A stretch of 64,000 nucleotides of DNA from an uncultured Acidobacteriota bacterium (GTDB lineage Bacteria; Acidobacteriota; Vicinamibacteria; Vicinamibacterales; 2-12-FULL-66-21). Positions 45,445 to 53,701 of the stretch are shown here, piece by piece. A program made the translations under genes and the position numbers. The notes beneath the pieces are model-generated. The model searched no databases, was not told the origin of the DNA, and saw only the letters and a list, made by a program, of their open reading frames with translations. Every line of letters starts with the position of its first letter. Position 1 is the first letter of the stretch. The stretch is from positions 986,693 to 1,050,692 of the forward strand of contig CAVRXL010000010.1 of the NCBI GenBank assembly GCA_963725145.1. The letters run 5' to 3'.

Positions 45445-46395
45445 ATGCCCGCCGTCGTCTCGATCGAGACCTCAACGACGCGGGGCAGCGGCTTCTTCAT
45501 CTCGCCTGGCCTCGTGGTCACCAACGCCCACGTGGTCGAGACCAACGGCTACGTGACCGTCAGGCTCGCCGCCGGGCAGGCGGTCAACGGACGCGTGACC
45601 CTGACGAACGCGGAGTACGACCTCGCGCTCGTGCGGGTCGATCCCGTTCAGCCGGACCAGAGCGTGCTGCCGCCGCGCTCGGCGCTGGACGTGCGCGTCG
45701 GCCAGGAAGTCATCGCGATCGGATCGGCGCTTGGCGTCCTGCAGAACACCGTGACGCGCGGAATCATCAGCGGGGTCCGCCGAGCCGGGTCCGTCGTGCT
45801 GCTGCAGACCGATGCCGCGATCAATCCTGGAAACAGCGGCGGACCGCTGCTGGATCGCAACGGCCGCGTGATCGGCGTGACGACGATGAAGGTCGGACAG
45901 TCGGCAGAGTCGATCGGTTTCGCCGTGGCGATCGATTACGCGCTGATGCTCGTGGCCGGCAAACAGTCGTCGTCGCCCTCGTCGTCGGCCCCGCCGCTGT
46001 TACCCTCGCAGCCACCCCGTCCGAGCGCGCCTTCCCCGGCCGACGACGCGCGAGAAGCGGGCGTCCAGGCATTCGAGCGCGCGATGCAGGTGCTCGAAGA
46101 ACGGGCAGACCAGATCGACGGCGCGTGGGCGGCGTTCCGAGCTCGCTGTTCCCCCCGCGCGCGCGGGGCGACAGGCGATCGCGAGTGGTTCGGGATATGG
46201 GACGACCGTGCCCAGCTGGGTACGCAGGTCAGAGACTGCGCCACCTGGCTCGACGACATCGTCCTGGCGGCCAACCAGGTGCGCTCTGCGATGGTGACGG
46301 CCGACGAGCTCGCTCGTCGAGCGCAGGTCTATCCGGGTGTTCGACGCGAGATCAGGCGTCGGCACAAACTCGACTGGACCGGCTGGGAACGGTAG
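45445..46395 (+). CDS. trypsin-like (S1C/HtrA-type) serine protease domain protein; the frame is open back to 45181 and encodes a TM helix with no start codon
   Basis: Track ORF of 316 aa. His region VVTNAHVV, DLALVRV, and serine motif NPGNSGGPLLD. The same frame upstream reads SALGLALVGAGIWYTSQRR...PGTLGTPGAPETPGTLEEVISQA. Confidence 0.85.
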   Translation: MPAVVSIETSTTRGSGFFISPGLVVTNAHVVETNGYVTVRLAAGQAVNGRVTLTNAEYDLALVRVDPVQPDQSVLPPRSALDVRVGQEVIAIGSALGVLQNTVTRGIISGVRRAGSVVLLQTDAAINPGNSGGPLLDRNGRVIGVTTMKVGQSAESIGFAVAIDYALMLVAGKQSSSPSSSAPPLLPSQPPRPSAPSPADDAREAGVQAFERAMQVLEERADQIDGAWAAFRARCSPRARGATGDREWFGIWDDRAQLGTQVRDCATWLDDIVLAANQVRSAMVTADELARRAQVYPGVRREIRRRHKLDWTGWER

Positions 46396-46405
46396 CCTGG
46401 CCTAA

Positions 46406-47734
46406 TTAAGAAACCGACTTTGCCGTGACGCGTCGGATCCGGCAGCCGGTCGGATAGGAAATGGTCGCGATTGCCGGCGGGATGCGAAGCACTCCCATAG
46501 GCCCCTCGTCACTTCCATTCGACGAATCTCCATTGCCGTTGGCGTGGCTCGCTTCTGTCTCCTGAAGCCTTCGCGCCCACATCGCGAGCGGCGGAAGCCG
46601 CTGCACGAGGCGAACGGGCCGCGGCGGCTCTGGCGCCGGCGGCGGAGGCTCGGGGATCGAGAACGGCGCCGGAGCCTGAGCGGCCGGAAGCGGAACGTCT
46701 ACCACCACCGGCGCGGCCTGAAACACGCGCGTCTCCTCGACAGGTGGCGTCGGCGGTGGCGCCGGGTTGACGACCGGCGGCGCCAGCACAACGGGCGTCT
46801 CGGTGACCACCGGTGTCTCGTCGATGATCGGGACGTCCGGGATCACCCGAGGCTCGTCGACGACGGGCGCCGACTCGACGAACGGCTTGATGACTCTCTT
46901 CGGCTTGACCTTGGCGAAGAGTACCGACCCGAAGATTTGCGGCTCGGCCTCCGCCTCGGGCTCGGGCGTCGGATCGGCGATCGGTGCGGACCCGACAGCC
47001 TCTTCCTTCGACAGCAGCTCACCGAGTGAGTTCACCGAGTAACCGACCGGCGGCTGCTCCGGAGCTTTCGCGACGACCGGCTCAGGGGCAATCGAGACGA
47101 TCGGCTCCGGAGCCTGGACGACAGGCTCATAAGCCTGGGCAACGACCGGCTCGGGCTCGTACGCGACGATTGGTTCGGGGGCGGCGACGAAAACAGGCTC
47201 GGCCGGCGCCTCTCCGACCATCTCGACGGCAGGTTCAACGGCCCGTTCAGCCGCGGTCTCGGCGGCTGTTTCAGCGGCGCGCCGAGCGGTGCGCTCCGCC
47301 GCGATCTTCGCCGCCTCGGCGTTGGCCTTCAGATCCGCCGCGGTCTTGAGGTAGCCGGCTATCTGCTCGGCGAACACGACGGGGTCGCAGCCCTGGGTCG
47401 GGACATCCTCGGTCTTCCTCTTCCGGAAGCCAAACAGTCCCCGCTTCGACTTCCCGTCTGCCGCATCGGACCACGCGAGCAGTGGGATGGTGAGCGTCTG
47501 GAGGTGTTCGGCCCCCTCGAGGGTCCGCAGATGCGCGATCAGTTCCTCTTCCTCACGCGGTGAAAAGAGAGCCGTGACGAGGATGAGATCCGGCGCCTTT
47601 TTCTTGATGGATGCGATCGCGCCGTCCTTCGAGTCGACGACCGTCAGCTGCGCGCCGGAGACGCGGTCCTTGACCACGTGCGAAAGCGCAGCCGCCTGCC
47701 GCGGGTCCGACTCGATGGCGAGGATGTACGACAC
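46406..47734 (-). CDS. pseudo-receiver (REC-like, lacking the phospho-Asp) protein with a long Pro/Glu/Val-rich repeat region
   Basis: Track ORF of 442 aa. The N-terminus ILAIESDPRQ...APDLILVTALFSP has Thr where the phosphoacceptor Asp is expected. EP(I/V)V repeats: PEPIVAYEPEPVVAQAYEPVVQAPEPIVSIAPEPVV. Confidence 0.6.
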   Translation of the reverse strand: MSYILAIESDPRQAAALSHVVKDRVSGAQLTVVDSKDGAIASIKKKAPDLILVTALFSPREEEELIAHLRTLEGAEHLQTLTIPLLAWSDAADGKSKRGLFGFRKRKTEDVPTQGCDPVVFAEQIAGYLKTAADLKANAEAAKIAAERTARRAAETAAETAAERAVEPAVEMVGEAPAEPVFVAAPEPIVAYEPEPVVAQAYEPVVQAPEPIVSIAPEPVVAKAPEQPPVGYSVNSLGELLSKEEAVGSAPIADPTPEPEAEAEPQIFGSVLFAKVKPKRVIKPFVESAPVVDEPRVIPDVPIIDETPVVTETPVVLAPPVVNPAPPPTPPVEETRVFQAAPVVVDVPLPAAQAPAPFSIPEPPPPAPEPPRPVRLVQRLPPLAMWARRLQETEASHANGNGDSSNGSDEGPMGVLRIPPAIATISYPTGCRIRRVTAKSVS

Positions 47735-47900
47735 GTGGATATCCGGACCGAACGGCGCAAGGCGCGTGCCGCGCCGGCCGTACGTGAAGAATCGAGAAAC
47801 AAGCCTGTTTTGAGGGGTTTGGCGCGAGAGCGTCGGGCGCCCGGGATCGGCGCTCGCCTCATCCCGAGGCTGTGGGTTACAGAATTGTGCCGCGCTGCGG

Positions 47901-48188
47901 TCAGGTCTTCAACATGAAGAGGAACAGCACGCCGGAGACCACGGCGAATATGAGGAAGGGCCCGTTGTCGATGCTCTGGTCTTTCAGCGCGTCGACGAGC
48001 GAGCCGCCGAGGTCCGTGATCCTGTCGCCCCAGGGTGTGACGGCTCCGCCCATGGGATCGTCCAGGATCGCGCCCGCCTTCATCCGCACGCGCGGATCGA
48101 CGGAGACGAGCACGGAGATGATCACCACGAGACACAACAAAGAGCCGATGGTTTCCTTGGCGCCTAGTTTCATTCGGGTCTTCGCCAC
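47901..48188 (-). CDS. small two-helix membrane protein, unknown function
   Basis: Track ORF of 95 aa with hydrophobic helices SLLCLVVIISVLVSV and PFLIFAVVSGVLFLFML. Confidence 0.5.
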   Translation of the reverse strand: MAKTRMKLGAKETIGSLLCLVVIISVLVSVDPRVRMKAGAILDDPMGGAVTPWGDRITDLGGSLVDALKDQSIDNGPFLIFAVVSGVLFLFMLKT

Positions 48189-48603
48189 CTGAGATGAGGC
48201 AAGCGTCGTGCCGCGCGATTTCAGGCGAGTGTTCGGGGCAAACTGCGCAGGGCCGCGATTGATCGGGCCGCCGTCTGACGGATCGCGTGGGTCGATTACG
48301 AAATCATCTGCGGCCAGGACCCACTGCGGATTTCGGTGTCGCGGTTACGAAAACAGCGGCAGTTCTGTGCCCCGGTCGGGGCCGCACAACCCGGATTTTT
48401 GGTCCATTCGCACCCTCCAACCCACTGAGTTTCAACGCCTTACGGTGTGAGCGGATCCCTCGAGTGGCCTCCGGGCATGGCCGTTGCCTTTGTCGGGCCC
48501 GTGACGCGGCGTTGTGCCGCGTTCGGTTCGTCAACCCCAGTAAGCGGCCGACACGCCGCGCACAGCATCGCTGTAGACAGCGGTGCAATTGAGGGAGGGC
48601 CTC

Positions 48604-48786
48604 ATGGATCGTCTAGTTCGCTTCGTGAAGTCGCTTGGGCGCAAGGAAGAGGGTCAGGACCTGCTCGAGTACGCGTTGCTCATCGCTCTGATCGCGCTCG
48701 TCGCGGTGGCGGCGGTGACGGCGGCCGGGTTCGAGGTTCAGCGAATCTTCGAAGACATCGCTGCGAAGCTCGCGGCGACTGCCTAA
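48604..48786 (+). CDS. flp: Flp-family type IVb/Tad prepilin 1
   Basis: ATG at 48604, about 5 nt after GAGGGAGGG; the track ORF starts at the GTG at 48583. Flp motif EEG/QDLLEYALLIALIALVAV. 60 aa. Confidence 0.85.
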   Translation: MDRLVRFVKSLGRKEEGQDLLEYALLIALIALVAVAAVTAAGFEVQRIFEDIAAKLAATA

Positions 48787-48803
48787 CGACGGACGAACTC
48801 GGG

Positions 48804-48833
48804 GGGCCGGCGGCGCGCAAGCGCCGCCGGCCC
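48804..48833 (+). terminator. strong hairpin just after flp1 (13-bp stem, GCAA loop); likely attenuator or terminator
   Basis: GGGCCGGCGGCGC gcaa GCGCCGCCGGCCC, followed by ttcac. It sits between the two pilin genes. Confidence 0.55.
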
Positions 48834-48852
48834 TTCACTCTGGAGGCTCCCG

Positions 48853-49023
48853 ATGCGTGCGCTGCTTCGGCTCGTCCATGACGAGAGCGGGCAGGACCTG
48901 ATGGAGTACGGCCTGCTGATGACGCTCATCGCGATCGTTGCCCTCGCTGCCGTTACCAGCGTCGGCGTGACGATCCGGGACGTCTTCTGGAATGCCATCG
49001 CCGCGATGATGCAAAGTGCCTGA
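48853..49023 (+). CDS. flp: Flp-family prepilin 2 (56 aa, below the track length cut-off)
   Basis: My translation: MRALLRLVHDESGQDLMEYGLLMTLIAIVALAAVTSVGVTIRDVFWNAIAAMMQSA, stop TGA at 49021-49023. GGAGG lies 5 nt upstream. Flp motif G/QDLMEYGLL. Confidence 0.8.
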   Translation: MRALLRLVHDESGQDLMEYGLLMTLIAIVALAAVTSVGVTIRDVFWNAIAAMMQSA

Positions 49024-49516
49024 GGGTATCGCGCTCGCAGCGGTTCTGGCTGGAGCCGGAACGGGCGCTGCGATTGACATTAGGACGCGCCGCATTCCCA
49101 ACGCGATTACGTTCGGGATGGCGGCCCTGGGCTTGACGCTCGCAGCCACCGGGTTGAGCGGCGTCTCGCCGGCGTCCTCATTGGTGGGTTTGGTGCTGGG
49201 CCTCGTGCTGATGCTGCCCGGCCACTTCTTCGGCGCGACGGGCGCCGGGGACGTGAAGCTGATGGCGGCGGTCGGCAGCGTGCTCGGCCTCGAGCGGATC
49301 GTGCAAGCGTTCCTGTTCACGGCGATCGCAGGTGGCGTGCTCGCGGCAGGCCTGGCGATCGCGAACCGGCGCCTCGGCGCCACCGTTCGGCGGACCGGGA
49401 AACTGGTGACAGCGCCGGGAGACGCCAAACGGGAGATCGAAGCGCCGGACGTGGGAAATCGTTTCGCGTACGGCCCGGCAATCGCGGTGGGGGCGGCCCT
49501 TGCCGCGCTGATGTGA
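49016..49516 (+). CDS. cpaA: A24-family prepilin peptidase CpaA/TadV
   Basis: Track ORF of 166 aa. The two catalytic Asp contexts are AAIDIRTRRIPN and GAGDVKLMAA. Confidence 0.85.
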   Translation: MPEGIALAAVLAGAGTGAAIDIRTRRIPNAITFGMAALGLTLAATGLSGVSPASSLVGLVLGLVLMLPGHFFGATGAGDVKLMAAVGSVLGLERIVQAFLFTAIAGGVLAAGLAIANRRLGATVRRTGKLVTAPGDAKREIEAPDVGNRFAYGPAIAVGAALAALM

Positions 49517-49543
49517 CCCGATGAGAAACGAGGCACCGTAGTC

Positions 49544-50383
49544 ATGCGTAACAAGCTCTTCGTCGTTCTTCTGCTCGCGGTCACGACCGGAAGCGGTCTG
49601 GCTTACGCGACCTACAACTACATGAATTCGAAGCAGGCGGCGGGGCAGCCCGTCAACGCGCCGACCCAGGGGGTCGTCGTGGCGGCGTCGGACCTGTCGC
49701 TCGGCAGCGAACTGAAGAGCGACGACCTCAAGGTGACGCAGTTCCCGAAGGGCCAGGCGCCCGAAGGAACGTTCGCGCGTCCCGAGGAAGTCATCGGCCG
49801 CGGCCTCATCGTGAACGTCGTCCGCAACGAGCCGATCCTCGGCGCGAAGCTCGCGTCCAAGGAAGCCGGCGCCGGCCTGCCGCCGATCATCCCCGCCGGC
49901 ATGCGCGCGATCTCGGTGCGGGTCAACGAAGTCATCGGCGTCGCCGGCTACGTGCTGCCCGGCACCCGCGTCGACGTGCTCGCGACGGCGAGCCCGAGCA
50001 GCAACCAGGCCGACATGATCACCAAGGTCGTGCTGCAGAACATCACCGTGCTGACCGCCGGCACGCGGCTGGAGCAGGACGACAAGGAAGGCAAGCCCGT
50101 CCAGGTCACCGTGGTGACCATGGCCGTGACGCCGGAGCAGGCGGAAAAGCTGGCGCTGGCCAGCACCGAAGGCAAGATTCAGCTCGCGCTGCGCAACCCG
50201 CTCGACACCAGCACGCCGGAGACACCTGGAATCCGGCCGGCGTTGCTGCTCGGGACGGCGCGGCCCGTGCGGATGGTCCAGAAGGCGGGGAAACCCGGTC
50301 AGGCTCCTGTTCTCGTAGCCGAGCCTGCACCGACTGTGGAAGTCATCCGTGGCGACAAGCGCGCCACCGAAGTTGTCCGATAG
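49544..50383 (+). CDS. cpaB: Flp pilus assembly protein CpaB/RcpC
   Basis: Track ORF of 279 aa. N-terminal anchor, SAF-like domain, and the RcpC motif PAGMRAISVRV...GYVLPGTRVDVL. Confidence 0.85.
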   Translation: MRNKLFVVLLLAVTTGSGLAYATYNYMNSKQAAGQPVNAPTQGVVVAASDLSLGSELKSDDLKVTQFPKGQAPEGTFARPEEVIGRGLIVNVVRNEPILGAKLASKEAGAGLPPIIPAGMRAISVRVNEVIGVAGYVLPGTRVDVLATASPSSNQADMITKVVLQNITVLTAGTRLEQDDKEGKPVQVTVVTMAVTPEQAEKLALASTEGKIQLALRNPLDTSTPETPGIRPALLLGTARPVRMVQKAGKPGQAPVLVAEPAPTVEVIRGDKRATEVVR

Positions 50384-50399
50384 GAGGCCGGAGTACGCC

Positions 50400-52514
50400 A
50401 TGAGAAAGTGGCTCGCGCTCGTCATTCTCGTCATCTTCGTCGCCGAACAGGCGCCGCTTCTCGCCGCAGGGCAGACGGCCGCGTTCGGCAACGGCGCGAC
50501 CCCAGGCGCCAACTCCGCCACATCGGCAACCACGATCGACCTTCTGGTCGGCCGTTCGACGCTGCTCAACGTGGGCGCGACGATCGCGCGCGTGTCGTTG
50601 ACCGTACCTGACATCGCCGACGCGCTCGTTACCACGCCGTCGCAGCTGCTCATCCACGGCAAGAAGCCGGGGACGATCTCGCTGTTCGTGTGGGACCGCA
50701 GCGGCGGAATCAAGACCTACGAGGTCTCCGTGCGCCGCGACCTGAGCGCTCTGGGCGAACAGCTCCGAGGGCTCTTTCCCGGCGAGCCGATCAGCGTCCA
50801 CGGCAGCGGCAAGGACGTCGTCCTCTCCGGCACCGTCTCGAGCAAGTACGTCGTCGACAAGGCCGCGGAGGTCGCGGGCGGCTACGCCGACGGCAAAGAT
50901 GGCGTCGTGAACCTGCTGAAGCAGGTGGAGGGGGTCGCGTCTAATCAGGTGCTGCTGCGCGTCCGCTTCGCGGAAGTGAGCCGCAGCGCGCTGCAGGAGC
51001 TCGGCGCCTCGTTCTTCACGGGGCCCGGCGGCTTCCACGACTACGTGTCCCGCGTCACGACGTCGCAGTTCCCGTCGGTGAACTTCGACGAGATGACCCG
51101 CACTTCGATCCAGGGCCCGCCCGAGAACTGGGGCGGCGGCCGTGACGACGTGACGGCGACGGGCGGCCGGATGACGTTCAGCGACTTCCTGAACATCTTC
51201 CTGTTCAACAACAAGTACAACGTCGGCACCGTGATCCGGGCGCTCTCCGAGAAGGGCCTCTTCCAGAGCCTCGCCGAGCCGAACCTCGTGGCGACCAACG
51301 GCAAGGAAGCCAGCTTCCTGGCCGGCGGCGAGTATCCCTATCCGGTCGTGCAGGGCGGCGGCGCGAACACGTCGGTCACGATCACCTTCAAGGAGTTCGG
51401 GATCCGGCTGAAGTTCACGCCGACGATCCTGGGCGACGACATCGTGAACCTGAAGGTTGAGCCCGAAGTCAGCGCGCTCGACTTCTCGAACGCCGTCACG
51501 ATCGAGGGCTTCCGCATTCCCGCGCTGTCCACCCGCCGGACGAACACCGAAGTGGAGCTGCGCGACGGGCAGACGTTCGCGGTGGCCGGGCTGCTCAATA
51601 ACACGCTGACGACGTCGCTCCGCAAGATCCCCGGGATCGGCGACATCCCGATCCTCGGCTGGCTCTTCAAGAGCAAGGCGTTGCAGAAGAACGAGACCGA
51701 GCTCGTCGTGATCATCACGCCGCACATTCTGCGGAAGGGATCGCCGGGCGCCGCGACGGGTCTCCCCAACGTGGTCGAGCCGTTCCTCGGCAAACCGGAT
51801 AAGCAGGTCTCGCCGCCGCCGGCTCACCTCGGATCGCCGCGCTACCCGACGCAGGGTCAGCAGGGTCCGAAGGGTCCCGCGTCACCGTCGGAGGCCGCGG
51901 GTGCGGCGACCGACGGCACCGCGCCGACGATGGCGCCGACGCCAGCGCCGGTCGCGCGACCGGTCGCCAACCCGACGGCGCCTGCCAGGCCGGCGCCGCA
52001 GCCGTCGAGCGTGCCCGCTCAGCCGGCCCAGAAGCCGGTGGTGCAGCCGCAGCCGCAAGCGATGCCGCAAACGCCGCAGACGACGCCGATCCGCATGGAG
52101 CCTTCGCAGGGGGTGCCCGCTCCGACCGCGCCCCGGACGGCGGCGGCTCCGAGCGCGGTGCCCGCGTCCGCGGCCGCGCCGGTGACCAAGGAAGAGCAGA
52201 AGCAGCTCGAGGCGGCTTCCAAGAAGATGTCGGAGGATCGCAAGCGCGCCGAGGAGATGTCGTCGAAGCAGGCGATCAACGACGCGAAGAAGGCCAAGGA
52301 AGACCGCAAGGAAGCGGAGGAGCGCGCGAAGGAGCAAGCCAAGCGCGACTCCGCCAACGCCAAGAAGGCAGAGGAACTTCGGAAGAAGCAGGCGGAAGAA
52401 GACGCGAAGCGCAACAAGGCGATCGCGGACGCCGCAGCTCGCCTCAAGGAGGCGCAGGCAGAATACCAGTCTGCCGTGAAGACCAATGCCGAGAAAAAGC
52501 CGCAGGAGAAGTAA
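50400..52514 (+). CDS. cpaC: Tad secretin CpaC/RcpA with a ~245-aa low-complexity C-terminal extension
   Basis: ATG at 50400, 12 nt after TAGGAGG (track ORF from 50349). Signal peptide MRKWLALVILVIFVAEQAPLLAAG, a BON-like domain, and the secretin core LAEPNLVATNGKEASFLAGGEYP...IPGIGDIPILGWLFKS...ELVVIITP. This is followed by a Pro/Ala/Gln-rich and then a Lys/Glu/Ala-rich tail. Confidence 0.88.
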   Translation: MRKWLALVILVIFVAEQAPLLAAGQTAAFGNGATPGANSATSATTIDLLVGRSTLLNVGATIARVSLTVPDIADALVTTPSQLLIHGKKPGTISLFVWDRSGGIKTYEVSVRRDLSALGEQLRGLFPGEPISVHGSGKDVVLSGTVSSKYVVDKAAEVAGGYADGKDGVVNLLKQVEGVASNQVLLRVRFAEVSRSALQELGASFFTGPGGFHDYVSRVTTSQFPSVNFDEMTRTSIQGPPENWGGGRDDVTATGGRMTFSDFLNIFLFNNKYNVGTVIRALSEKGLFQSLAEPNLVATNGKEASFLAGGEYPYPVVQGGGANTSVTITFKEFGIRLKFTPTILGDDIVNLKVEPEVSALDFSNAVTIEGFRIPALSTRRTNTEVELRDGQTFAVAGLLNNTLTTSLRKIPGIGDIPILGWLFKSKALQKNETELVVIITPHILRKGSPGAATGLPNVVEPFLGKPDKQVSPPPAHLGSPRYPTQGQQGPKGPASPSEAAGAATDGTAPTMAPTPAPVARPVANPTAPARPAPQPSSVPAQPAQKPVVQPQPQAMPQTPQTTPIRMEPSQGVPAPTAPRTAAAPSAVPASAAAPVTKEEQKQLEAASKKMSEDRKRAEEMSSKQAINDAKKAKEDRKEAEERAKEQAKRDSANAKKAEELRKKQAEEDAKRNKAIADAAARLKEAQAEYQSAVKTNAEKKPQEK

Positions 52515-52541
52515 TAAACGCAAGGCTACATGGGGCGGGTT

Positions 52542-52572
52542 CCGAGGCGAGCGCAGAGTGCGCTCGCCTCGG
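52542..52572 (+). terminator. 13-bp perfect hairpin between cpaC and tadE (operon-internal attenuator or processing site)
   Basis: CCGAGGCGAGCGC agagt GCGCTCGCCTCGG. Confidence 0.45.
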
Positions 52573-52597
52573 CGTCCGCGCGTTTGAGGGGTGAGCC

Positions 52598-53059
52598 ATG
52601 GCGCTTCGAATCTTCAGGCGACGGCGCGACGCCAAAGGGGCGAACCTGATCGAAGCGGCGATCATGACGCCGCTCATTCTGCTCGTGACCTTCGCGATCG
52701 TGGACTTCGGGGCCATCTTCTACGTCTGGCTGGCGCTGCAGAACGGCGTCAGCCAGGCCACGCGCTTCGGCGTGACCGGGAACACGATCGGCTCGATGTC
52801 CCGCGAGGACTCCGTCAGGCGGGCGCTGCAGGATGCCACGCCGACGCTCACGATCCCGAACGCGAACATCACCTTCAGCAACATGCCCGTGGGCGGCTCG
52901 ACCTGGTCCAGCGGGATTGGCGCCGAAGGAGCCGTCGGACGGGTCACCGTCACGTACTCGTGGTCGCTGTTCACTCCGCTGGTCCGCGTGTTTTTCAGCT
53001 CGGGCCAGATCACGATCAGCGCCGAGTCCACGATGACGAGCGAGCGCAGGTTCCTATGA
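52598..53059 (+). CDS. tadE: TadE-like pseudopilin
   Basis: Track ORF of 153 aa. TadE N-terminal motif GANLIEAAIMTPLILLVTFAIVDFG. Confidence 0.8.
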   Translation: MALRIFRRRRDAKGANLIEAAIMTPLILLVTFAIVDFGAIFYVWLALQNGVSQATRFGVTGNTIGSMSREDSVRRALQDATPTLTIPNANITFSNMPVGGSTWSSGIGAEGAVGRVTVTYSWSLFTPLVRVFFSSGQITISAESTMTSERRFL

Positions 53060-53655
53060 ACAGTCAACCTTCTCGTCGACTGCTTCGCGGCGCCAGCGGC
53101 CAGAGCGTGATGGAGTTCGCGCTCATCATGCCGCTCATCCTGATGGTCGTGCTGGGCGTGATCGAGGTCGGCGTGGCGATTCTCGACAAGCATGCGGTGA
53201 CGCGCATGGCGCGGGAGGGCTCGAACCTCATTTCCCGGGACACGACGCTCGAGGATGCCAGGAACGCGATGAGGACGATGAGCAGCCGTCCCGTGGATTT
53301 TGCCAGCACCTCGACCATGATCTTCTCCGTCTTGAAGATGGGGTCGAGGCCGGGGACGGCCAACTTCAACCGGCTGTTCCTCTATCAGCGCCATCGCTAC
53401 GGAGCGCATCCGAACGGCAGCCTGTTGGCGACGGCGGGGTCGGCAACACCCGGCGGACCTCCCAACTACGAGTTCGCCAACCCCGACAACAACGGGAGTC
53501 TCCGGATCACGAACGCGCCGCCCCAGCTAGTCGTTTCCCCGGGCGGACAGATCTACGTCACGGAAATCTGGACGACGCACACGCTCTACACGCCGATGAA
53601 CAATTTCGGGTTCTTCAACATTCCGACGACGCTCTATTCGATCGCCTATTTCTAG
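53056..53655 (+). CDS. TadE/TadF-like pseudopilin
   Basis: The ATG at 53056 overlaps the previous stop (ATGA). 199 aa. Motif GQSVMEFALIMPLILMVVLGVIEVG. It lies inside track ORF 52591..53655. Confidence 0.75.
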   Translation: MNSQPSRRLLRGASGQSVMEFALIMPLILMVVLGVIEVGVAILDKHAVTRMAREGSNLISRDTTLEDARNAMRTMSSRPVDFASTSTMIFSVLKMGSRPGTANFNRLFLYQRHRYGAHPNGSLLATAGSATPGGPPNYEFANPDNNGSLRITNAPPQLVVSPGGQIYVTEIWTTHTLYTPMNNFGFFNIPTTLYSIAYF

Positions 53656-53701
53656 CGTCAGGCGGCTCGGACGGCCGCGACACCGGAAAGGCTTGACGAC
53701 A

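Noticed and set aside
48447-48881. Plus-strand ORF 48447..48881 (144 aa) spanning the flp1 region, and the GTG at 48583 as the flp1 start.
   Set aside because: The 144-aa ORF is off-frame, Gly/Arg-rich, and reads through the terminator hairpin. For flp1, the ATG at 48604 has a strong GAGGGAGGG Shine-Dalgarno, whereas the GTG at 48583 has none.
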